Counted from the whole stretch's first letter, positions 24,301-38,400 are shown. The stretch is DNA of 63,827 bases, filler included, from Folioceros fuciformis (GCA_049999805.1; 10 parts of 10 records of this genome joined end to end with filler, not necessarily neighbours in it), one strand, 5' to 3'. Numbers and translations are program-made. The notes: generated from the letters alone by a model not told the origin.

Positions 24301-25685
24301 TTGATGGCATGTACAGCACATCCTGTAGGGTCAGAATTGATCCATCATGAAGACTGAACTTGCAAATACCTTGTCCTTGTATTTGCAAACTGGTCTTGTT
24401 TTGTTCGTCACCAAGAAGCACTTTTGATCTGGACTGACGTGAATCGAGAGTGAAGAATTGTTTTCTGTCCTTGCATATGTGTGAGGTTGCACCGGAATCA
24501 AGGTACCAGCTCCCCTCCTTTTGCACAGAATGGGCAAGACATATAGTGAGGATCTTCACCGGTGGTTTGGTGTCACATGATTGTCTGTCTTTAATGGTGA
24601 CATTCGCAGCGCTCTTAGTAGCACGTTGAGGTTCACCAGATTTCTTCTTCTTACACCCTCGGGCACAATGACCAGCAATTCTACACCAGTTACAATTCCC
24701 TGGTCTCTTGGAGGATGACGAACCACTGTCAGGTTTGCCACTTGCTAGAGGTCGTGTTGCCTTGGACTTGTTTTTGTTAGGTCGAAAGCCTGTAGCTAAC
24801 ACCTTTTCTGCTTTGTTCCTAGGTACACTAGCAGAATTCAAACAGGACTGCTCTCTTGGTACAAAGCACCAATCACATCTTCACATGTGATTGTGCTTGC
24901 AGAACCTCCAGTAGCTCCACTAGGTTTGACAGGTCCATTCTATGTTGTGACGAAAGCTTGATAAGATGGGGGCAAGCTAGAAAGTAACCTTGCCACAGCT
25001 TGTGACTCAAGTATCTTTTCGCCAGTCAGCGAGGTAATCTATGCTCGTAGTTGACGAAATTGGCTTGTATGTGCCGAGATCTTGTCTCCCTCCCTCATCT
25101 TCAATGTGTACAGCTCTGTCTGTATGGCACAAAGACTCATCATATTTTGAATTTTGTATGTCCTCTTCAGCTGATCCCATATGTCAACAGCATCTGTAAG
25201 ATGTTCAACATCTGGCACATGGTCCACGTCCAGGCCATTGATTAGGAGAGCAACAGCAATGCTGTTGTGCAGGTCCCACTTGGCAATGTTGTAAGCTATC
25301 GGCTTGTTTGCTCCAGTGGCAGCAGGGTTTGGTTTTCCGTAAGTTCTGTCCACAATGTTTCCAGACACCTTGCGCCAGCAGGATGGCCTTGATGCAAACA
25401 TGCCAAATAGGATATCGGTTCCCATTGAAACAGTCTTTCTCCTTTAGCTCAGAGGTAAAGGTTGGACCAGACATTTTTATGAGTTTGGGATTCGGCTTTG
25501 GCTTGGGTCTTATGTTAAACTGACCAAACTGCTGAGCTAGTGCATCGATTTGTGTAGTGGACATGTAGATCTAACAGAACACCTAAAAGCTACGGCTTCA
25601 AGGTGATTCTGGTATACCTAAACGTCCTGCAACATTCATGTTAGCTCATGCATCATGTTTTGATATCAAACTGACCAAGAGTGCA
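21394..25685 (-). mobile_element. Ty1/copia retrotransposon C, decayed, with internal RT-RNaseH deletion
   Basis: gag ATG 25564 (KDCFNGNRYPIW), CNWCRIAGHCARGC knuckle, WYLDSGATSH, PYTPQQNGLAER, KARLVARG. RT jumps from DEDLYI directly into late RNase H near 22330; pol stop at 22014. Confidence 0.95.
21421..21802 (+). pseudogene. Putative antisense ORF in the 3' region of copia C (one frameshift in an A6 run)
   Basis: MSTASEMSSLQAESATKAKGKGPA...RLRWRK. Removing one A at 21642-21647 continues it as ITEEAAMPPPTRDDLGEEMSLVGQLQAVGALLNQIKESSEVAAECKVIKFT. An intron-like GTAAGG...CTGAC...TGTAG lies at 21799-21890. Confidence 0.4.
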
Positions 25686-25785
25686 NNNNNNNNNNNNNNN
25701 NNNNNNNNNNNNNNNNNNNNNNNNNNNNNTTAATTAATTAANNNNNNNNNNNNNNNNNNNNNNNNNNNNNNNNNNNNNNNNNNNN

Positions 25786-28380
25786 GTTAATGAAGATGAG
25801 AACCTTCACCTTAACTTTTGATCATGCAGGCTGCACACTTACTCGAGTTGGTAGCCAAGATATTGCATGTATAGGGTATCCCCTTCAAGACATCTACAAA
25901 CTGGAAGCCCATGCAACTAACCGTTTTCCTTGTGATCATGAAAGTGCACTTGCTATACAAACACCTGACAAGATTACAGGCAGTCCCAAAGAAGCCTACA
26001 AGTGGCACCTTCGACTTGGACATCTCAGTAATGCACGGCTCCACCAAGTGGCAAACTCTGACCTTTATCTTGAGAAGATTGGCCGTTTTCCTAATCCGCC
26101 CTTTTGCGAGACCTACGTCCTTGCAAACAAAAGACAAGATATGTTCCCTCATCACCACCAAGATGAGAACAACTCAATTCTTAAACTTGTTCACTCGGAT
26201 ATATGTGGACCCATGAGCTCACCGTCCTATGGTGGTGCTCGATACTTTCTCACTCTTACTGATGACTTCCCGCAGATGTGCTTTACATATCCTCTAGAGT
26301 TCAAGAGCCAGACTTTCGACATCTTCAAGACCTGGCTTGCAATGGTTGAAACTCAAACGTCTTGCAAGCTTCGCTGCCTGCACTCGGATAATTGTGGAGA
26401 ATTTGCTAACCACCTCTTTGATGAGTTCTGCAAGGATAAGGGCATAACTCGTCAGTTCTCTGTGGCTTAAACTTCACAACAAAACGGTATTGCTGAAAAA
26501 CTCAATCAAACCCTTCAACGCATGGCGAGGGCCATGTTACGACATGTCAGCCTTGATGTTAGGTATTGGGCCGAGGCCATAGCCTTTGCCACATATCTGA
26601 AGAATAGGCTTCCCTCTCATTCTATTAACAAGAGAACCCCCTTTAAGCTATGGACGGGTTCTAAACCCTCACTCCTACATCTCAGAATTTTTGGCTGCTT
26701 AGATTTCAGCTTTATTCCTGCTGTCAAGCGCAAGAAGTTTGATGATTGGTCTGAGAAACTGCTCTTCCTAGGTTATGGTGAAGACTTGAAAGCATATAAA
26801 CTATATAATCCCGTCACAGGAGCCTTAATCTTCTCACGCAGCGTTACCTTCTTAGAAGACCCTCTGATTCAGTCGGCTACTTCCACTTCAGCTTCCCCAG
26901 ATATGCCTCCATTTGATATGCGTTCGTCTGACAATGCCCGCTTGGGTGCTTCAACTTCCTTACCAATAGACATGCCTAATTATTTTTCAACGCCTACTAC
27001 TATTATTCCTCCAGCTCCAACTAATGTGGCCACTCCTCCACCTGAACCCACTTTGGTGTTTGGAGATGTTCCTCCCCTTATGTCAGCGGATCCTCCACCA
27101 ATTGAGGAGCTTCCTCCTCCTGAACCACTCGTTGCAGATCCTGTACCAACTTGTGAGCTTCAACCTCGACACTTTCTTCGTGCTCCTGCCAGGTTTCAAC
27201 ATACCACCTTTTGTCCTATCCTAGGCAGTGGGAGGCATGGAGGGGAAGTTCAGGCCAATAATCTTGCTGAGCTAACTCCCCTAGATCCTGGAAATGCTCC
27301 CCCTGCCCCTGCCTTAGAAGACGAAAACTCTTTAGGCCATGTTCTCGCTGTAGATTTGTTGGCCTTACCTTCTAGCAACACTTTCTTCAATCACACACCT
27401 GATCATGTTAGCGAGGTACATCGAGCCCTTCTCTCTTGCGTTCAAGCCTCTGAACATATTGTTCCTGTGGACATTGCCCTCTCAAGACCTGAAAGACATG
27501 AATGGCTTAATGCTATAGACTCTGAATGTACTTCATAAAAAGATATAATGCTGATGGATCCCTCTCTCGCTATAAAGCCAGATTAGTGGCAAGGGGCTTC
27601 AGTCAGAAGCCTTGGGTGGACTATGATCCAGACCTTTATGCTCCAGTGGTGAGATCTAAGTCCATTCGCCTCGTTCTTGCCCTAGCTGCTGAACATGACC
27701 TCATTCTCCACCAAATGGACGTTAGTACAACATTCTTATACGGAGAACTTGAGGAAACAATTTATATGTTGCAGCCCGATATGTATCTGGATCCCAAGTA
27801 CCCCAACAAAGTGTGCAAACTTCTCAAAGCTATATACGGACTTAAACAAAGTCCTAAAAACTGGTACAACAAGATCAATACATACCTTCTCTCCTGTGGT
27901 TTTGCTCAAAGCCCATCTGATTCGAATGTGTATAGACTCCACACTAGTAATGGCTTTGTACTCTTGTGGCTATACGTGGACGATTGTATCTTGGTCGGTA
28001 GCACACAGACAACACTAGAAAAGGTCAAAAACATTCTCAGAAAAGAATATGATATGAAGGATGTAGGGGAATTGAAATATGTGTTAGGAGTGCAAATCGA
28101 AAGAAACTTACCACAACATGAACTCTGTATACACCAGGAGAAATACATTAGCGATATTCTGATGAGAATGCACATTGAAAATGCTCGCCCTGTTGACACA
28201 CCCATGGTGACCAATCAACCATTGACTATCATGGATTGTCCACAATCTGAACAAGATAAGGCAGAAATGCAATCAATTCCATATCGTCAGGTTGTTGGCT
28301 CACTTATATATGTTGCTAACTGGAAGACCTAAGATACAGTACTCTGTCAATCGGGTCAGCTAGTTCTTACACACCCTTCT
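25786..28380 (+). mobile_element. Ty1/copia pol fragment D (IN-RT)
   Basis: KWHLRLGH, LVHSDICGP, KARLVARGF, IYGLKQS, LYVDD. Small deletion near 27535; truncated before RNase H. Confidence 0.93.
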
Positions 28381-28695
28381 AGCAAACATCGAAGGTTAGC
28401 TAGTAAACCCTAACACTACGTGCATTATGGTGGGGGTTGCAGACTAGCATAAAGGTATTGGCCATGTCCAGGCTAATGACAAGGATTGAAAGGGAGGAGG
28501 TTGAGTGTGGGCAGAGTGAACGAGTGGTTTGGCATAATTAGTACACCTGCAATGACCTGTGGAATCGCGATGAGCGCGAAGTTATACACTCACTACAATG
28601 GTGGAAGGGCAACCACGCAGCACACTTGCCTATCCATGGTACAAAACCCTAAAATCCTTAAACATGGGCGAGCCATTGCAAATGAAGTTTGGAAC

Positions 28696-28942
28696 AAGTG
28701 CAAACCAATCCTCGTTCCTCCGCTAAGGAAGTGTAGACCAATACACGTTCCTCCGCTAAGCAAGTGCAAACCAATACTCGTTCCTCTGCTGAGCAAGTGC
28801 AAACCAATACTTGTTCCACCGCTAACCAAGTGCAAACCAATACTTGTTCCACCGCTAACCAAGTGCAAACCAATACTCGTTCCTCCGCTGAGCAAGTGCA
28901 AACCAATACTCATTCCTCCACTGAGGAAGTGTAGACCAATAC
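28696..28942. repeat. 33-bp minisatellite, about 7.5 copies
   Basis: Unit AAGTGCAAACCAATACTCGTTCCTCCGCTAAGC. Confidence 0.95.
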
Positions 28943-29112
28943 AAGGGGAATCCTCTCGATAATTTTGACAGAATCACTTTATTACATCTGAATGTGTGTT
29001 ACAAGAGAGAGANNNNNNNNNNNNNNNNNNNNNNNNNNNNNNNNNNNNNNNNNNNNTTAATTAATTAANNNNNNNNNNNNNNNNNNNNNNNNNNNNNNNN
29101 NNNNNNNNNNNN

Positions 29113-32100
29113 CCTCATACCATGGCACACTCTCGGACCAACATGTTCTGCTTGGTGACGACAGCGCCCAAGTTCTTCAAGGATCGGAAGAAATTCAGCT
29201 CCGATTATCTAACGGGGAGCTACTCACCATTCATGGAGTCCTCCACGTCCCGGCACTGACGAAGAACCTGCTCTCAGTTCGTAAACTCGCAACTGAGCAC
29301 GATCTCATCATCACTTTTCGAGGTAGTCACTACACAATCCACCACTCGAGAGATCAGAATCAAACAACGCTTGCTAATGGTCTCCCGTGCAACGATCTTT
29401 ACCTCCTGAACATCCAGTCAACCTCATCCTCCCTTTTGGTGGAAAGCTTCACCGCCACTTCTCCAAACCATCAAAATCATGTCCTTCTTTGGCACTGTCG
29501 CGCCAATCACATGAACCCTCACTATCTACATGCTTTTGCTAACCCCAACATGTACAAAGACCTTGTGACAATCAAAGTATGTTAAGACTTCTTCTGTGAG
29601 ATTTGTCAGTCTACCAAGCTTGCCCAGTTACCTTTTAAAGATGTTGCTCCCACTCAAGCCCTTTGCCTTTTAGAGACTGTCCATTCCGACCTCTATGGTC
29701 CGATGAGCACCACCAGCTTTGGGGGTCACCTCTATTTTATCACCTTCCTCGACGAGTGGAGTAGATATTGTCATGTTTACTTTCTCCATCACAAAGATGA
29801 GGCCTTTTCCCGTTTTTAGGAGTATGTCACCACTGCAGAAAGGCAGACGGGGTTTTAGGTTTGCACCCTTAGAATAGACAACGGTGGGGAATATACCAGT
29901 CAATCCTTTCATTCATTCTGTACCCTAGAGAAACTCTTCTCCAGTACACAGTTCCCTACACACCTTCTCAAAACCCCTTTGCCAAATGACTGAACCGCTC
30001 GTTGCTGGAAATCTCGCGCTCCATCCTTAAGCTTGCAGGGCTTACAAAAGATTATTGGGCTGAAGCCATCTCTACAACAAACTATCTGAAGAATCGCCTA
30101 CCTACTAAGGAGCTTGTCAACACAACACCCTATGAACGCTGGACCGGCCACAAGCCCAGAATTTCTCACCTTCGAATCTTCGGCAGCCTAGCTTTTGCTC
30201 ACATCCCTGATGATCTCCATAAGAAGTGGGATGACAAGGGACGCAAACTTTTGTTCATTGGTTATTCAGATCAGTCCAAGGCTTACAGACTTTTCGACCC
30301 ATCTACAATGCTGGTAACCCTATCCCGTAGCGTTCACTTCCATGAAGCCACTCTTATTCAAACATACCTCCATTCCGTCTCTACCGCTATTCCTTTGCCT
30401 GACCCTAGTATTTGTGGTTTCTCACTTGATTCCCGTTCTGACCTTGAGGGGGACACATATAACCCCAGTGATTATGAGTTTGAGGTTCAAGGTCGGACAA
30501 GGAATAATCCACCTCCGGCTTCACCTTCTCCCGTCCAACCACTTCAATCAGTAACTCCAAACCAAGCTTCCGCTTTGCCGCATCCACACGACTTACCATT
30601 AGGTCATGCCACACCGGACAACCATACAGACAGCTTGCCTCTCCTCAACCAGCTAGATTATGAGGTCAGTACCCCTCAACCCGAACCACCACCTCTTAGG
30701 CGATCCACTCCCATAGGCCACCTAGCCATCAATGGAGAAATCCACCCTTCGTTCCGAGAGAGTCTTTTTCTCATCAAGTAGCCACACCATCTGTAGAGGT
30801 AGAGGTACCCTCAGTTACTCCACATGTACAAGTGTTAGTTCCACCACGAGCTTCCGAGAGTGATTCAGTCTAGCTTGCCCTTCATCAAGCCCTCTCTACA
30901 ATCAAGATGCAAGGTGTACCAGTAAGCATAGAAGAAGCACTTAGTATACTTGAATGGAAAGCATCAGTATAGTCCGAATACGATTCCCTAATTGCAAACG
31001 AGACCTGGAAGCTTACTGACCTGCCAGCTGGGCGGAAACCAATTTCCTGTAAGTGGACCTTCAGAAGAAAACTTAATCCAGATGGCACTGTATCAAGATT
31101 CAAGTCAAGACTCGTAGCCTGTGGGTTCACCCAGGTGCCGGGCTTCGACTACGAGGAGCATTGGATTTTCAGCCCAGTCGTAAAATCCACGTCTATCCGA
31201 ATTCTTCTTGCTTTTGCAGCTCACTACCATTTGCAAATACATCAAGTTGACGTTAAAACAGCCTTCCTGTATGGAATGCTGCATGAAGATATATACATGT
31301 TGCAACCACTAGGTTTCATTCAAGACCCTAGCAAGGTGTGCAAGCTTCTTAAAAGCATTTACGGCCTTAAGCAGTCAGCGTGTGGAATGAAACAGTGGAC
31401 TTGTACCTCCGTAAATATGGTTTCTCCAGCCTCACAGCAGACAAGAGCGTATATAATCTGAAATCAGGAGATGAGTTTGCAATCGTGACACTTTATGTCC
31501 ACGATAATTTCATTTTTGGTAACACTCCTAAAATCATTCAACATGTGAAGGACTTACTAGGTAAGGAATACGACATTGTAGATATGGGGCCTCTCCGCTT
31601 CACACTCGGAGTCAAGTTTGAGCACAACCCATCCGATGGCTCCTTCTTCATCCATCAGGAACATTATGTTGACAAGCTGCTTGCCAAGTTTAATCTGTCA
31701 GATGCCAAACCAGTTACTACACCAATAGCGTCCGGCGACAAAGTGTCAACACTTGACTGCCCCACATCACCAGAAGACGTCAATGAGATGAAGAATGTAC
31801 CTTATAATGAGGTTGTATGCAGCTTGCTGTACTTATCAATGTGGACAAGGCCAGATATATGTCAAACCCCGGAAAGGCTCACTGGACAAGTGTGAAACGG
31901 ATCCTAAGCTATCTCAAAAAGAGCAAATCCTTACGGCTATTGTATAAGGCTGATCATGCAATTAACCTCAAATTAACAAGCTTGTCGGATGCAGACTGGG
32001 CTGGCGACCCAAACTTGAGGAAATCAGTTACAGCCTATAATAACATGCACATCAACGCTTCAACAGTTTCTTGGGCAAGTAAAAAGATGCAAACAATCTA

Positions 32101-32941
32101 CACATCTTCAACCGAGGCTGAGTATGCAGCAACAACCCTAGCCGCGAAAGAGATTCTATGGATCAGGAAATTTCTTCAAGATATCAACGAGTCACAATCA
32201 GAACGAACTGAGCTGTTTTGCGATAATTAGTCTGCCATCGCAATGACTTATAACCCAATCTTGCATGCTAGGACGAAACATGTGGAAATTCAACACCATT
32301 TCATCCGTCAGACCGTGGCCAACAAGCAAGTGATCCTGAAGTATATCAGCATAGTAGAGAATACAGCAGATCTCCTAACCAAGGGGTTATCCAAATCACT
32401 TCATGAGAAACATGTAGTTGCAATAGGGCTTTTCAGCAAGGATTCTTATCTCAGGCTCAAGCGAGAGGAGGAGCGGCTCAATCGCCCCTGACTGTCAGCC
32501 ATCACACATTCTCTTCAGCAGCATCCAAATTTCAAGGCTTGCGAGATCAAATCCACGGTGAGGGGGAGTGTTGGCGCACCGCACGTTGGGGTACCGTTGA
32601 CATACACCGCGGACCGATGCACAATGTTTTTAGGGCACGTTTCGGTTTACTCTGCTTAAGCACACATAAGAGTAAATATCGTAGTTAGTGTAGTTACGAA
32701 CAGTTAAACTGCCCAAACCGAATAGTGGTTTATACTTTTCTATATGCGGCCATTAGCCATAATGATCCATATTCTTTTCATGAGAATTGTTCTCTCCGTT
32801 TCCAGAAGATAGGAGAGGCCACAACCATGCCCATGAAGTGAATGAGAGGACTATGGTTCTAAGTGGTTCTAAGGACTTTCTAATTACTTCGACAAATATA
32901 GAAATGTGTACGTGATTCTCCTCTAATTCTACATGCCAACA
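29113..32941 (+). mobile_element. Ty1/copia retrotransposon E (PR end-IN-RT-RNaseH, PPT, 3' LTR)
   Basis: YWAEAISTTNYLKNR, HQVDVKTAFL, SDADWAGD, HARTKHVEIQHHFIR; PPT TGAGGGGGAG at 32559-32568. Confidence 0.95.
32569..32941 (+). repeat. 3' LTR of copia E (373 bp)
   Basis: Follows the PPT directly; perfect 7-bp terminal inverted repeat TGTTGGC...GCCAACA. Confidence 0.9.
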
Positions 32942-35575
32942 TACTCGACAACATAGTCTATAGCATCTTCACATGTGACCCATAGAGGTCTTGGTTTGTA
33001 ACCTATACTAACTATCCAAATAAATATTATAGAGTTTATCTTAAAGATCATAAAAGCTATGTGATGAAGGGAGAAGAAAGCATTTGAATTATGTTAGAAA
33101 ATGAAGATGTGAAATACCTTAAGGACATATAGTACATTTTGGTTTAGCTACTAATTTACTATCTATTAGCAAGATGGTTGATCAAGATATGAAGGTAATT
33201 TTTGAGAAGAGAAATTGTGTGGTGATATTCCAAGATGGGAAGATCATTGCCGAGGCGTTTGTTATGGAAGTTTATATAAGCTTTTGTGGAAATGTTGTTG
33301 TGGATAGAAACTATAGCGCTAGTGTGTCCAGGAAATCGAGGACTAAACTATGGCATGAGCACTAAGGACATTTGGGTCTTGATAACTTGAAGTTGATAGT
33401 GAGCTCTAACATGGTGAAAGGGTTGGATCTAACTCCAATTGAGGATTTGTAGTTTTGTAATATTTGTACTTTAAAAAACTAACAAAGGCACTCCTTTCCA
33501 CAGCAAGCTCATTGGAGGACTAAAGAAGCCTTGGAATTAATACATATAGATGTATGTGGACCTATGTAAACTAAATCACTAGGTAATGCATGATATTTTA
33601 TTACATTCTTTGATGATTATACTTGATGGATATTAGTGGTTTTCTTAAAAGAGAAGTATGGAGTACTCACATGTTTCAAAAAGCTCAAAGTTGAAGTTGA
33701 AACGTGAATGAATAGCAAGATCAAGAGATTAAGAAGTGATTGTAGTGAAGAGTACACATCAAAGGCATTCAAGCAATTTTGTGAACATCATGGAATTATA
33801 AGGCAATTTTTAGTCCCTTATACACCTAAACACAATGGTGTTGCAAAGCGAAATAATTAGAGCCTAGTTGAATTGCAAGATGCATGTTAGGAAATGAATT
33901 TTGGATAGAGGTAAGTAGTTGCTATTGCAACATATGTATGCAAACACTATTCATTCTAATTTGGTTGAAGGTGTAATGCATGAAGAGTTATGGAGTGGTG
34001 TAAAACCTTTTATGGCTAATCTACGAACTTTTGGATGTAAGGCTTTTGTTCATGTTTCTAAGGATAGAAGAGATGGAAAATGGGTTGTAAAGAGTACCAA
34101 GTGCATTTTCATCGGATACTTGAGTAACATGAAAGAATATAAGCTTTCGATGTAGACAGAAGAGTTGTTATCAATAATACAAACGTGTTATTTGTGGAAG
34201 ACTTTGAAAACAAAACGATGGATAAGGCATATGAGAAGAATAATATTGATGTATATGTATTAGGTTCATATGCACCCAATGTAGAACAAGAAGAAAGTAT
34301 TGGTGAGGACAATGCACAACCCTCTAAACTTGCTAATGAGGTAGATAAAAGAAGCTACTACTCCTAGTGGTAGAAGTAAAACTCAAACTATGGACTGTGA
34401 GAAACTTATGATAGAAGATATATGTAAAGGGTTTATGCCTCAAAAAAAAAATCATTCAAGGAAGACATGGAAGCCATCGCATAAGAAGTTAGAGTCTCTT
34501 CAAGAATAATATGCACATGTTATGTTTTAAAGCATGGATGAACCACATATTGTTCAAAAGGCCATGGAGAGAGATGATGCACGTGAATGGAGAGCTATTA
34601 TTGAAGATGAATATGAACCATTGCTCAAGAACGAGATAGGATGAATATGAATCATTGCTCTAGAATGATACATGGAGTTTAGTTCCTTTGTGAAAGGGAC
34701 AAAGTGCAATAGAATGCAAGTAAGTATTGAAAAGGATGTATAAAGCATATGGTTCTCTTGAGTGATACAAAGCAAAACTCATTGCAAAGGGATATGTGCA
34801 AGTTAAAGGTGTTGACTATAATAAGATTGTTTCGCCAGTTACAAAGTTGACATCCATCCGAACTAAGTTAGCATTGGTCACAATTTTTAACTTGGAAATT
34901 CAACAAATAGATATGACTACGGCATGGGCAGATATGACTATTTTTACATGGAGATCTTAATGAAGACATATGCATGGAACAACTTGAACTTTACGTGAAG
35001 GTAGGATGAGAGAATTATGTATTGAAATTGTATTTATGGGTTCAAGCAATCATCATAAGAATGACATTTGAAGATTAATCGCTTCTTAAAGTCATAATGA
35101 TTTGTGAGAAGCGAATGATCATTAGGTGTATGGAAAGCAAGTACAAATACTTGTTGTATATGTGGATGATTTAATTTTAACTAGCAATGACTTGCAATTA
35201 ATTCATGAAGAAAAAGCCAAATTATCTTTATCTTTTGATACTAAGGACTTTGGAAAATTACATTGGTGTTTGAGCATTAAGGTTACAAGGAATAGGGAAA
35301 AGATGAACATTCACCTAGAGCAAGATAAACATGTATTCAACCTACTCGAGAAGTTTGGGCTTATAAATTGTAAGCATGTGAGAAGACCAAAGGCCCTAAA
35401 TGAGAAATTATCCAAGGAGATTTGTCCGAAAACAGATGAGGAGAAAAGATACATGAAAGGAGTCGCTTACTGTTAGCTAGTTGGCTACTTGACTTATTTG
35501 ATGTTAGCTACTAGGCTTAACATATCCGCTTCAATGAGAACTTTGAGTCAATATGTAGAGAATATGGAACAACGA
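32942..35575 (+). mobile_element. Old, heavily mutated Ty1/copia pol F
   Basis: Residual KLWHEH, LRTFGCKAFVHV and LVVYVDDLILT motifs. AT-rich with many stops. Interrupted on the left by element E. Confidence 0.9.
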
Positions 35576-35577
35576 CC

Positions 35578-38400
35578 TTGCATGGTTGCAAGGTTTGGTG
35601 CTCTTTAGGCATCACTCCCCCCTTCAATTTTAGAGGGAGGAGGAGGGGGGATATCGCCTCCTTGCATATACTTCAAGTCTTGGGCATTCCTATGGGACCT
35701 CTTGATTTTATTTATAGGTTTGTGAATGCAACTTTGGATGAAGATTTGGCTCATATCATGGATGTCTTACAAATTAGTGACCCTTATATTGCGTTTAGTA
35801 TTTTTTTCTTCCTGGTTTGCACAATGACCAGGTAACTTAACTAGAACTATTGCAGCTTCTCCAATTTATTTTTGTTAAGTTCCTAGAAGTTTGATAATCA
35901 AGTTATGCAGGCTCTTAGGGACATCATAGGTCTCAACACCTTCAAGTGTGCTGTGGACTCCACATGCTGAATAGGTCCTTGGAAAATGGTAGGATTTCTC
36001 CTTTTGGGAATCTCTGAGTGAATCCTGTAATGAAATGGTTAGAAGATTAGGTTAGATTAGTAGCTAGATTAATGGTGAGGCGAGACGGGTCTTTGAAGGG
36101 TTGCTGGATGCTCTGAAGGGAAGGGATGGAATGATCTGAGAGAAGCGATGGAATGATTTGAGAGAAGAGGGAGAGTGTTGAGAGGCACTAACCATTTTGG
36201 TAGTCTTGAGAGGTTGGTCAATTTTAGTAAGGGCACCCAGTGGTGTCCATGGGACACAACCCCTATTAGGTCAGATTAAGGTTAGGTCAGAGTTAGGGTT
36301 AGGATTAGGTCAGAACTAGGTTTAGGTCAAAGTTAGGCTTAGGTCAGAGTTAGGTTAAGGTCAGAATTAGGGGCGGCTTAGGTCAGAGAAAGATTGCTGG
36401 GTGGTTGACTGAGGCTAACCCTAATAGATAGAGATGGAGGTTTGGGCCAAGGTAGTATAAGAGGCTAGACCTGCCATTGAGGAGGGGGCTGTCTACGGTG
36501 CGATTTCCCTGGACCTTGGGTGCAGAACTCCTGGCTTAGAGTGCTGAGCTAGTTGAGACTAAACTAAGGTCATCGTGTGGTCGGATCCGCAATGGCTGAC
36601 CACCTTGCATGCTGGCTGCTGTGAGGTTGCAGGGCCGTGAGCTAAGGAGGCTACCCAGCCCTAGGCCTCGCCTCTGCCTTGAAGGCTGCAAGAGGGAAGG
36701 CTGTTGTGTTCCAAATTCCAGGAGAGAAGGGTTGAGTTGTAGATTTTGGAAGTGGAAGTGTTGAAGTGAGGAGTTGAGCTGAAGTGAAGTGCTGAAGGGT
36801 GAAGTGAAGTGCTGAAGTGAAGGACTGAAATGCTGGGGTGAAGTGCTGAAGTGGTGGAATGAAGTGTTGAAGCTGGAGTGAGGAGCTAGCTGAAGTTGAG
36901 GTTTTCGTTCAACTGTGGAGGTAGCTAGCACTAGGTGCTGAGAGTTGGAGGCCAGACTTGGGGCTGGAGCCTCCTCTCAGCACTGAAGTGATTGATACTT
37001 AGAGCTGGAAACGAGGGCTGAAGACAATGCTGGAGTTCTCATTTTGTTGAGGCTGGGCTTGGTGTTGTGGTAGGAGCCGAAGACAGGACCGAGAATTCTG
37101 ACCTATTGCTGTAGCACTAGGTATATGCTGATAGATAAGGTGAGATTAGGGAGATGTAGGTAACCTTGACATTAGTTCACTCCCTTGGGAGTGAATCATA
37201 AGACTGCAACGATAATAAGGGGAAGTGTGGCCCCTTGGTGGTTCTTGGGTTTGCAAGAAATCACTCCACATGTGCCATTGTGATTTGGCCCAAAAGTAGG
37301 CTTTCTTGCTGGTCACCTTTGGAAGGTCGTCCTTTTGGCCATGGAAGCCTATGCCCCATTTGCCTTCCTCGGTAGCTAGGCCCTCTTGGTTTCGATTTTG
37401 GCCTCTCATTTTTTGCTCTAAGATTCTCCCCCTCTTGAAGATTTTATTTTAGGCATTGAGGAGGGCGTTTTCTCTTTACAAGTATCTCTTAGACAATCGA
37501 GGGACTCTTTACCTTTGGAGGCTTACAAGGCTTTATCTCCTTTCATCTCCTTTTCTAGAGAAGGGTTGAGGAGTCTTTAGGCCTCCCTCTTGGAAAAACT
37601 ATGGCCAAGCATTAAAAGGCCTTCTTTTCAACTTATCCATCCCCAGGTCTTCTTACACTTGTAATCGCTCTTGTTTAGGTAAAGGAGCGAGCTCTTAGCT
37701 TTTGGCTCAACTTTGCATCCAGGCATTTCGAATCACACTAGCAACTTTTATCATCATGATGGAATTTCGCTTAGGTTTGGCATACCCCTTGGATTTCTCT
37801 CTCTCTAAATTCAATTGTGGAGTTACCATTGTCGACATAGGGTCCCATCTGGTAAGTTGTCCTATTGAGGGGGACTTCATTGCTATGCATGATGCAGTTC
37901 GGGATGTCATGTTCTCAATGGCTAGGGAATATGCGTACAACAAGCATCCATATACTTTGTGCAATAGGGTTTCACTTAGAGCTTACCTCGTTTTTCATAA
38001 GAGCGGAATAAGTTTGTGTCGCTGAATTAGTTGTATCGCATTTTCACTAGAGATTTGATTTGCGAGCACATTGTCATTAACCTCCTTGGATCGGTGGCAG
38101 AGGGTTATGTAAGTGCTAAAGTCCATAAGTACTCTGCCCTGCAAGACGAGCATATTTTCATCCCCTGGCTCTTAAGACTCACAAGACCATGGAAAAGGAC
38201 TTTTCAAGGTCTATCAAGGAGTGCACAAAGGTATATCATAGTTATAGGAATGAGGTTCTTCCTATCTCCTGTATGGTGGCCTTCTTTCAACAACACGTAT
38301 CCGTTGTTTTGCAAAGAGCATAGGCTAACGAAGTTTATAGAACAGCAATAAGCACAGGGTGTGCGGCTTCTTCGGCCTCAGTGATAGGTAGGCCATTTGT
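35578..38400 (+). mobile_element. Decayed non-LTR retrotransposon 3' part, CRE/R2-like (CCHC finger plus restriction-like endonuclease)
   Basis: Post-RT VLGIPMG...DPYIAFSIF (35660-35810). RLGL...NCG...D.GSHLVSC..EG....HDAVRD zinc finger (37765-37910). AKVHKY...IFIP tail (about 38115-38165). Interrupted by a 1.4-kb unrelated block. Confidence 0.65.
35965..37409. mobile_element. LTR-like non-coding block inside the non-LTR relic
   Basis: Abrupt composition change, TTAGGTCAGAGTTAGG repeats (36265-36390), GCTGAAGTGAAGT repeats (36755-36900), TATA-like GTATAAGA. No target-site duplication confirmed; boundaries are approximate. Confidence 0.4.

Noticed and set aside
28486-28962. 158-aa ORF with KCKPILVPPLS repeats
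   Set aside because: A by-product of a 33-bp minisatellite that is open in several frames on both strands.
36536-36931. 131-aa ORF rich in S/L/Q/H/F
   Set aside because: Translation of the GAAGT repeat tract.
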